From: a virus
Taxonomy: Duplodnaviria; Caudoviricetes
Strand: one strand, 5' to 3'
IMG/VR virus record: IMGVR_UViG_3300035680_000084
Location: 1 to 25,336 of that record
Length of the DNA stretch: 25,336 nt
Of this stretch, positions 1 through 6,394 are shown in pieces. The position numbers were made by a program, and so were the translations under genes. Each line of letters starts with the position of its first letter. Position 1 is the stretch's first letter. The notes under the pieces were generated by a model. The model was not told the DNA's origin, made no database searches, and was given only the letters and a program-made list of their open reading frames with translations.

Positions 1-230
1 TGTGGGAGTGCTGTTGCTCTGTCTGTGAACAGGATGAGTAGGTCTTCTAAGTCCCAGTTCATTGCTTGGCAGTGTTGGGCTATTCCTACGGCTATAGCTT
101 TTCTAACATTTTTGTCTCCGAATTCTTTGGCGAATAGGAGTTGTTCGTTGATGTAGTCCCACATGCTTTGTGACGCATGGGGTTCCGGCTCATTTTTTCT
201 GTAGCTGAATGTTACGAGTCTTTTTGTCAT
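1..230 (-). CDS. Hypothetical protein, truncated at the window edge (MTKRLVTFSYRKNEPEPHASQSMWDYINEQLLFAKEFGDKNVRKAIAVG...)
   Basis: Not in the ORF track; translated by hand. The ATG at 230-228 overlaps the TGA of the upstream gene (ATGA coupling) and the frame stays open to the window edge. Confidence 0.75.
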   Translation of the reverse strand, partial: MTKRLVTFSYRKNEPEPHASQSMWDYINEQLLFAKEFGDKNVRKAIAVGIAQHCQAMNWDLEDLLILFTDRATALP

Positions 231-1033
231 TGTTCTAGTTCTTTCTGTTTGGTTTGGTGGATGATTGCGAACGCTTCTTTGGTGCGTTGGTCGTCTAGTT
301 CTCGTTTGGTGAGGAAGCGGGTGGGTTTTGTGGGGTTGGCCGACTGGGTGTCGGGTTCGTCTTCCCAGCGTTCTTGGTTGAGCCAGGTGGATGCCCATGC
401 AGTGTATTGCATGTCTTGGTCTTGTCTTTCGAGAGCATATTTTTTTGCTCCTGAGAGGATGGTTTCGGCATCCGTTTTTTTGAGTGCTTTGCTGAAAGCT
501 AGTTTGGCTTCTGCTTTTCCTTTTTTGCGTGGGTAGATAGACCAGAAGGTGTTGAAATTTTCTGTTGCCTGTATTTCTATGGTTAATTGACTCTGTTTAA
601 TATTGGCTTTGATTAGAGTGTCGTTTTCTGCACTAGGGGTAGCGTCAAATTTGCACCAGGGTGGTGTCGTTTTTTGCACTAGGGTAGTGTCGTTTTCTGC
701 ACTAGGTTGTTTGGTTATCAGATGGTAGATGTTGCTTTGATATTGCAGCAGTTCACCTTCACCTACAGTTCGATGCTCAACGTGTACTGCACCTAATTCT
801 TGAAGTTCTTTGATAGCTTTGTCAACTGATCTGATTGATACCCCAATTTTTTCGGCTATCGTTTTTCTGCTGGGAAAACATGTGCCTTTTTGGTTGGCGT
901 ATCTGTTGAGGACTGCGTATACGCAGATAGCTACGGGACTCTTTTGGGAGTAAAGAATCCACTCAGGCAAAATAGCGAAGTAGTTGTCGCTTTCTGCGGA
1001 GGAAGATTTGATATCATTACTAATGGCAATCAC
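227..1033 (-). CDS. Phage replication initiator / replisome organiser (N-terminal winged HTH, C-terminal DnaD/DnaT-like domain)
   Basis: N-terminal CFPSRKTIAEKIGVSIRSVDKAIKELQELGAV is a typical HTH_36-like motif. C-terminal FNTFWSIYPRKKGKAEA...ASTWLNQERWEDE is typical of phage initiators. Direct repeats lie in the linker. Confidence 0.85.
   Translation of the reverse strand: MIAISNDIKSSSAESDNYFAILPEWILYSQKSPVAICVYAVLNRYANQKGTCFPSRKTIAEKIGVSIRSVDKAIKELQELGAVHVEHRTVGEGELLQYQSNIYHLITKQPSAENDTTLVQKTTPPWCKFDATPSAENDTLIKANIKQSQLTIEIQATENFNTFWSIYPRKKGKAEAKLAFSKALKKTDAETILSGAKKYALERQDQDMQYTAWASTWLNQERWEDEPDTQSANPTKPTRFLTKRELDDQRTKEAFAIIHQTKQKELEQ
617..707. repeat. Four tandem 22-24 bp iteron-like repeats, probable replication origin
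   Basis: agtgtcgttttctgcactaggggt (617), agcgtcaaatttgcaccagggt (641), ggtgtcgttttttgcactagggt (663), agtgtcgttttctgcactaggt (686). An AT-rich tract is adjacent at about 555-612. Confidence 0.8.
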
Positions 1034-1048
1034 CGCTTTGGTTGTCCG

Positions 1049-1077
1049 GCCCCCGACAGTTATCGCTGTGCGGGGGC
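1049..1077. promoter_or_regulatory. GC-rich hairpin in the 5' leader of the initiator gene
   Basis: Arms gcccccgacag / ctgtgcgggggc with one bulged base and a 6-nt loop, between the putative leftward -10 and the GTG start at 1033. Confidence 0.5.
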
Positions 1078-1090
1078 ATTTACTGTTTTG

Positions 1091-1101
1091 AGCATATCAC
1101 A
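1091..1101 (-). promoter_or_regulatory. Putative leftward extended -10 promoter
   Basis: Minus strand reads TGTG-A-TATGCT, the same pattern as the other intergenic motifs. No canonical -35. Confidence 0.55.
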
Positions 1102-1116
1102 CATTTTTGTTTTGGG

Positions 1117-1127
1117 TGCGCTATACT
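1117..1127 (+). promoter_or_regulatory. Putative rightward -10 promoter
   Basis: TGCG-C-TATACT, about 7 nt upstream of the first hairpin at 1135. Confidence 0.55.
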
Positions 1128-1134
1128 ATTTCTT

Positions 1135-1219
1135 GTCAACTTGTACTCTCTCCGAGTTGACCCCCATAGCGAACCCCTGCCCATCTCACCCCCTTTCAGT
1201 GGGCAGGGGTCTCGTTGGG
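1135..1219 (+). ncRNA. Candidate structured RNA / terminase leader: two tandem hairpins with CU-rich loops
   Basis: Hairpin 1: gtcaacttg / cgagttgac, loop tactctctc. Hairpin 2: perfect 11-bp acccctgccca / tgggcaggggt, extendable by agcga / tcgtt, loop tctcaccccctttcag. Confidence 0.5.
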
Positions 1220-1236
1220 TATATGATCGGTAGACG

Positions 1237-3231
1237 ATGACTGGTAACAAAAATAGTGGCCGCAAGTTTATTACTCCCGAAGACAAGATCAGGTTTTGGG
1301 AAGCTCGTGCCGCCGGCATAACTATCAAGGAAGCCTGCAAAATTGCGGGTATTCATTACAACACTGGTCAAGAGTGGGATAGTAAGCGTCGTAAGATGCA
1401 GGCAGAGTTGCAGGCAGCTAACCTTGAAGTCAAAGTGTCGGGGGTTAAAGCGCACCGTAACGGTGATAAAGTTGCTGAGTTGCGGGCGACGATAGATCAG
1501 ACCGCAGAGTTACCTCCCGTTATCCCGTATGCCCGATTATCGGAACGGGCGAAGCATGGATGGGATGATTTTGAGTATTTCCGTCGAGTGTATTTGGGGC
1601 GTGTGTCGTCACCGTGGCAGGTAGAAGCCGCTTTACGCATTGTGGAATATTTGGAATCTGAAGAAAAAGAATTCCTAGTCTTGAACTGTCCCCCTGGTGC
1701 AGGAAAATCTACGCTGTTCCATGACGTTGCTGTGTGGTGCATTGTTCGTAACCGGTCTATCCGTGTGCTGATCGGGTCTATTTCGCAGACGCTAGCCAAA
1801 ATGTATTCTCGTCGTATCCGTGAAACCTTAGAACGCCCCACCCGTCTGATTGCTGACCCTGAACTGGTACGCAAAGGGTTAGCGGTTGACGCTGAGGGAT
1901 GTTTGGCACACGATTACGGCAGGTTCAAACCTACCGCTAGCGGTTCATTGTGGCGAGCCGAAGAATTCATTGTTGAACAACTCAACATCGGCATGCTCGA
2001 AAACAAAGAACCGACCGTTTCGGCTTACGGTATCGACTCAGAGTTCATTGGACATCGTGCCGACCTCTGTTTGTTTGATGACGTTGCGTCTACAGAAAAC
2101 GCTAAAGAGTCCACTTCTCGTGACCGCCTACTGGAACGGTGGGATTCGATGGCTGAAGCTCGTTGCGATCCAGGCGGACTAGTCGCTGTAATCGGGCAGA
2201 GGCTCGGCCCAGGAGACTTGTACGCTCACTGCCTCAATAAAATCACATATGACGATATCGAGGATGATGATGATGCGTCGGGTGAGGATGCCACTGTCGA
2301 AGAACAGTTAAAAGACCCTGTTAAGAAACAGAAGTATCACCACATCATTTATAAGGCGTACTACGAAGAATTAGATACGGGAATCAAGTCCCGTTCTAAG
2401 AAAGCGTTACCGTGGCCGAACGGCCCGCTACTTGATCCGGTACGTCTACCGTGGAAAGACTTATCGTTTATCAAATACAACCAGCCATCCAAATTCAGGG
2501 TTGTATATCAGCAAGAAGATATCGATTTGGACTACCAGTTGGTTGAACGCACCATGCTGACTGGTGGTATGGGTGTTGACGGGGTGCAGTACCCTGGATG
2601 TTTGGACAGGGACAGGCAACCTGGGAATATTCAACGTGGGTTATCTGCTCCGTGGGTGTCAATTATCTCTGTTGACCCGTCACCTTCACAGTTCTGGGGT
2701 GTCATTTGGACAATTGTGCAACCTGACCTGGGGTTATACCATGTCGTTGACATTGAAAGAGTGAAACTAACTGCCGAAGAACTGTTGGGTTGGCAGATGG
2801 CAACGGGTGAGTACACCGGTATTCTTGAAGATTGGGTGTGTCGAGCCGACGAAATGGGTTATCCGGTGACTCACATCATTGTTGAGGTTAATGCGGCCCA
2901 GCGTTTCTTGTTGGCACACGATTTTGTGCGTCGCTGGCAGGCTTCCCGTGGGGTAAACATCATTCCTCACACGACTTCTCGCAACAAGTTGGATGAAAAC
3001 TTGGGGTTGGAAGCTTTGATTCCACCAATTGTCCGGTCGGGTTCACTACGTCTACCCACTTTGTCGGGTAACTGGAAAACTTTGGCTTTGATCGAGGAGT
3101 TATGTTCTTGGACTAAGGATAAGAAGAAGGGTACTGACCTTGCGATGTCGTTGTGGTTTACACTTCTTCATGCGCCACGGTTGTCTGCGCCTCGTCTGCC
3201 TGCACAAAGATGGAGACCTTCGTGGTTGTAG
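1237..3231 (+). CDS. terL: Terminase large subunit with N-terminal HTH extension
   Basis: Walker A CPPGAGKST, Walker B LCLFDD, coupling motif VIGQR, RNase H-like nuclease residues ISVDPS, IIVEVN and GTDLAMS. Lies upstream of the portal. Confidence 0.93.
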   Translation: MTGNKNSGRKFITPEDKIRFWEARAAGITIKEACKIAGIHYNTGQEWDSKRRKMQAELQAANLEVKVSGVKAHRNGDKVAELRATIDQTAELPPVIPYARLSERAKHGWDDFEYFRRVYLGRVSSPWQVEAALRIVEYLESEEKEFLVLNCPPGAGKSTLFHDVAVWCIVRNRSIRVLIGSISQTLAKMYSRRIRETLERPTRLIADPELVRKGLAVDAEGCLAHDYGRFKPTASGSLWRAEEFIVEQLNIGMLENKEPTVSAYGIDSEFIGHRADLCLFDDVASTENAKESTSRDRLLERWDSMAEARCDPGGLVAVIGQRLGPGDLYAHCLNKITYDDIEDDDDASGEDATVEEQLKDPVKKQKYHHIIYKAYYEELDTGIKSRSKKALPWPNGPLLDPVRLPWKDLSFIKYNQPSKFRVVYQQEDIDLDYQLVERTMLTGGMGVDGVQYPGCLDRDRQPGNIQRGLSAPWVSIISVDPSPSQFWGVIWTIVQPDLGLYHVVDIERVKLTAEELLGWQMATGEYTGILEDWVCRADEMGYPVTHIIVEVNAAQRFLLAHDFVRRWQASRGVNIIPHTTSRNKLDENLGLEALIPPIVRSGSLRLPTLSGNWKTLALIEELCSWTKDKKKGTDLAMSLWFTLLHAPRLSAPRLPAQRWRPSWL

Positions 3232-3239
3232 ACAGTTTC

Positions 3240-3250
3240 TGTGGTATATT
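3240..3250 (+). promoter_or_regulatory. Putative extended -10 promoter
   Basis: TGTG-G-TATATT immediately after the terL stop, followed by an AAAGGA SD and GTG at 3279. Confidence 0.6.
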
Positions 3251-3278
3251 TAGAGCAACTACTAGCAAAGGATTTCCT

Positions 3279-3401
3279 GTGCCACAAGTCGGTAATAAAA
3301 AGTTTCCTTACACTGCTGCTGGCATGAAAGCCGCTAAAGCCGCAGCCAAGAAGTCTTCTAGTTCTAAGATGACTACTTCGATGAAAAAGAAGAAAGCATA
3401 A
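3279..3401 (+). CDS. 40-aa Lys/Ala-rich protein (MPQVGNKKFPYTAAGMKAAKAAAKK...)
   Basis: Start reassigned from 3153 to GTG 3279 because of the SD AAAGGA and the upstream promoter. The stop overlaps the next ATG (TAATG). Confidence 0.75.
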   Translation: MPQVGNKKFPYTAAGMKAAKAAAKKSSSSKMTTSMKKKKA

Positions 3402-3706
3402 TGGCCGCTAAAAAAGTAAGTTCATCTACCCCTGTTGACCAAGCAGTTGCCGCTATCAAGCGTCGCTATCCTGGTACTGCTATGGGCGAGTTTAAGGGTG
3501 TCCGTTCAACGACACAGGCTGTTCAACAGTTTCAGGATGTTGTTGCTGAATCGGCTTTGACCGATAAGTACAACAATCGTACTTTGATGGCTGCTGCAGC
3601 TAAGGTCGCTACTCAACGGTTTGTTGCTTATGGTGGCGGTATGGAGGAGCAACGCAATAAGCGTAAGCCTGCTGCCGCTAAAATGGCAACCAAGAAAATG
3701 AAATAA
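3401..3706 (+). CDS. Small basic Ala/Lys-rich hypothetical protein
   Basis: 101-aa ORF coupled to the previous gene; begins MAAKK and ends KKMK. Confidence 0.8.
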   Translation: MAAKKVSSSTPVDQAVAAIKRRYPGTAMGEFKGVRSTTQAVQQFQDVVAESALTDKYNNRTLMAAAAKVATQRFVAYGGGMEEQRNKRKPAAAKMATKKMK

Positions 3707-3715
3707 GGAGATAAC

Positions 3716-3952
3716 ATGAAAGATGCAAAATCACGTGGCGGTTCTACCCCTGACCGTTTTGACAAAGAAGTTGCGGTATTGGTTAAGTATGGTGTCACGA
3801 AGTCAAAAGCAGAACAGATCGTTAATGGTCGTGCAGAACTTTTGATGCGTCAAGGTTTGCGCAGTAAGCCAAGCGCAACTCATAAGAGTGAAGGCAACCG
3901 CACCGGTGGCGGTGGTCGTTCGGCTTCAAATCCAAACAAGAAAATGAAGTAA
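3716..3952 (+). CDS. Small basic hypothetical protein
   Basis: SD TAAGGAG before the ATG; 78 aa; ends KKMK. Confidence 0.8.
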   Translation: MKDAKSRGGSTPDRFDKEVAVLVKYGVTKSKAEQIVNGRAELLMRQGLRSKPSATHKSEGNRTGGGGRSASNPNKKMK

Positions 3953-3962
3953 CAACTAACAC

Positions 3963-4238
3963 ATGCCAATTGAATATCGAGGCGAAACGTTTGCTGGCTA
4001 CAACAAACCTAAACGCACCCCGTCAAACCCAAAAAAGTCGCATGCCGTACTAGCCAAAGAAGGTAGTACGGTAAAACTTATTAGGTTCGGTCAACAAGGT
4101 GTGTCAGGGTCACCAGCAAAAGCCGGCGAGTCTGATGCTTCTCGTAATCGACGGGAATCGTTTAAGGCTCGTCATGCCTCGAATATTGCTAAAGGTAAAA
4201 TGTCTGCTGCTTATTGGGCTAACAAGGTGAAATGGTAA
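3963..4238 (+). CDS. Small basic phage protein of unknown function
   Basis: 91 aa. The pattern GYNKPKRTP...KLIRFGQQG...SFKARH...SAAYWANKVKW is one I recall from aquatic phage head regions. Confidence 0.8.
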   Translation: MPIEYRGETFAGYNKPKRTPSNPKKSHAVLAKEGSTVKLIRFGQQGVSGSPAKAGESDASRNRRESFKARHASNIAKGKMSAAYWANKVKW

Positions 4239-6007
4239 CTATGCGATCAATTGAAGAAATAGTTGCACTGTACAACCATCGTCGTCGTTCGCTCGGCCCT
4301 GTACATCAGCAGATGCAGAGGGTACGAGAACTAGCTAACGGTGACATTATTGTTCCGCTTAATGAGTTGGATCGTAACGCTAAATCTTCTGTTGCTAACT
4401 TGCTTGTTCAGGGTTTGGATCAGATGTCTATGCGGGTGTCGTCAACGATGCCATCCCCATATTTCCCTCCGTTCAGGGAAGGTTCAGAACGATCTAAAGA
4501 AATGGCTTCACTACGCAAAAAAGCGATGCTGTCTATTTGGGATCAGAACCGTATGAACATGAAGATGCGTCGACGTGCCAGACACTTCCTCGCATACGCA
4601 TCAGCACCAGTCATTCTGAAGCCTGACTTCAGAACATTGACTCCACGCTGGCATGTCCGTAACCCGCTAGATACTTTCCCTTGCCCGTCAGACGATCCTG
4701 ACAACCCTGTCCCAAATGATTGCATTTTCACATACCGCAAACCCTACTCGTGGCTGGTAATGAACTACGCAGGTCTTGTTGATGGCCGTTTACGTTTAGG
4801 CAAAGTTGAATACGACACGATGTTCACCATCATTGAATACGTTGATGAAAACGAACTTGTACTTGGTGTTATCGGTGCAGAAGACAACCCGCAACTTACA
4901 CAATACGAACGCTCAGGTTTAGACTTTATTGAACTAGAACGCATCGTGAACCGCACCGGTATGCCGTTGTGTGTTGTTCCGCAACGAATCACTCTTGATC
5001 GCCCACACGGACAGTTCGACGGTCTCATGGGAATGTTCTATACACGGGCAAGACTGCAAGCTCTTACTGAGATCGCTATTGAACGAGGCATTTTTCCTGA
5101 CGAGTACCTTGTTGCTCGCCCAGGTGAAAACCCCGAAATTTTGCAGGTCGCTGACGGTAAGACAGGTTTGCTTGGTGTTGTTAAGGGTGGCGACATCCAA
5201 ATCCAGCAGGTCAACCCAGGCTACAAAACCGATACTGCCCTTGATCGTTTGGAACGACAGGAACGACTTGAAGGTTCTATCCCCGCAGAGTTCGGTGGAG
5301 AATCAGGTTCTAACATTCGTACAGGCCGGCGTGGAGAAAACGTGTTGTCGGCTACTGTTGACTTCCGTGTTCAGGAAGCACAGGAAGTGTTTGCTTCTTC
5401 TATTCTTGAAGAAGACAAGATCGCTATTGCTATTGAGAAAGCGTATTGGGGTGACACTCCTAAAATGTTTTTCCTTCCTGGTCGTGCGGGGACAGGCAAA
5501 GTTGATTACACGCCTAACAAAATTTGGGAAACAGATTTCCATTATGTCGCTTATTCGGCAGCGGGTTCTGATGTCAATAATTTAATTATTGGTTTGGGTC
5601 AACGTGTCGGTACTGGTTTGATGTCTAAGGAATCTGCTCGTGAAGCCGATCCGCTTATCAGTGATCCTGATATGGAACATGATCGCATTATCGGTGAAGG
5701 TGTCGAAGCAGCGTTGTTGTCGTCTATCCAGCAGCAGGCCGCTAGCCCGCAGTCACCGTATCAGCCTGCCGATCTCGCTTCACTTGTCAAAAAAGTTATT
5801 ATGGAAAACAAATCGTTGTTTGACGCTGTCGCCGAAGTTGATACTGCTGCTAAGGAACGTCAGGCCGCTGAAGCACCGCAGGGCGCACCTGAAACTATGC
5901 CAGGTCTTGCTCCTCCAGGTATGGGGGCTGAACAACCTGTCGCTCCACCCGAAGGCGCACAGGGTCAACCTGACATCCAATCATTACTCGCTCAATTGGG
6001 GGGCTAA
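4232..6007 (+). CDS. Portal (head-tail connector) protein; start may be ATG 4241
   Basis: About 590 aa, first large gene after terL, helical character, Pro/Gln/Ala-rich C-terminal tail as in podovirus-type portals. Called from synteny and size. Confidence 0.8.
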   Translation: MVTMRSIEEIVALYNHRRRSLGPVHQQMQRVRELANGDIIVPLNELDRNAKSSVANLLVQGLDQMSMRVSSTMPSPYFPPFREGSERSKEMASLRKKAMLSIWDQNRMNMKMRRRARHFLAYASAPVILKPDFRTLTPRWHVRNPLDTFPCPSDDPDNPVPNDCIFTYRKPYSWLVMNYAGLVDGRLRLGKVEYDTMFTIIEYVDENELVLGVIGAEDNPQLTQYERSGLDFIELERIVNRTGMPLCVVPQRITLDRPHGQFDGLMGMFYTRARLQALTEIAIERGIFPDEYLVARPGENPEILQVADGKTGLLGVVKGGDIQIQQVNPGYKTDTALDRLERQERLEGSIPAEFGGESGSNIRTGRRGENVLSATVDFRVQEAQEVFASSILEEDKIAIAIEKAYWGDTPKMFFLPGRAGTGKVDYTPNKIWETDFHYVAYSAAGSDVNNLIIGLGQRVGTGLMSKESAREADPLISDPDMEHDRIIGEGVEAALLSSIQQQAASPQSPYQPADLASLVKKVIMENKSLFDAVAEVDTAAKERQAAEAPQGAPETMPGLAPPGMGAEQPVAPPEGAQGQPDIQSLLAQLGG

Positions 6008-6394
6008 ATGGTCGATTATCCGAACCGTTCAGATTTGCGTAACCCTGCAACTAAAAAGGTTGCGTTTACGGGACAGACTTATGGGCAGGCTACACAGCAG
6101 GCTTCTTCTCAGCAAGCAGTGTCGCCTGGTTCTGCGCCGGCGGATGTTCAGGCACAGCAGGTTGCTCGACCTGTTCCTGGCGCACAGTCTTTAACCCGCC
6201 CTACTGAACGACCTGATGAACCGATTACTGCTGGTGCTGATATTGGTGCTGGCCCTAATGCTATGCAAGCAGGTTTACGCCCACGTTTCATACCTGTTGA
6301 CGACAATCTTGAAACTTTGAAAGCCTTGTATCGCATGTACCCTTCTGATGGTTTGTTAGAAGTTATTTCTGCATACACAAATGGGAAGATGTAA
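6008..6394 (+). CDS. Hypothetical Gln/Pro/Ala-rich protein, probably virion-associated
   Basis: 128-aa ORF abutting the portal stop and overlapping the next ATG. Confidence 0.8.
   Translation: MVDYPNRSDLRNPATKKVAFTGQTYGQATQQASSQQAVSPGSAPADVQAQQVARPVPGAQSLTRPTERPDEPITAGADIGAGPNAMQAGLRPRFIPVDDNLETLKALYRMYPSDGLLEVISAYTNGKM

Noticed and set aside
177-536. 119-aa plus-strand ORF, and the many other antisense or alternate-frame ORFs in the track
   Set aside because: They lie wholly within better-supported genes, lack motifs and start signals, and are favoured by the skewed composition.
617-707. CRISPR-like array
   Set aside because: The repeats are adjacent with no unique spacers and lie within a CDS.
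1135-1219. tRNA or intrinsic terminator
   Set aside because: No cloverleaf or TTCGA loop, no U-tract after the stems, and the loops are too large for a typical terminator.
890-1455. Candidate separate terS among ORFs 890-1240, 1042-1233 and 1186-1455
   Set aside because: None has HTH or coiled-coil character; they overlap real genes and the hairpin region.
3153-3278. Extended N-terminus of the 82-aa ORF (likewise starts at 17182, 17358, 17969, 23506 and 24447)
   Set aside because: Downstream starts have an SD, a stop-start overlap or sit just after the previous stop; the extensions merely overlap the previous gene.
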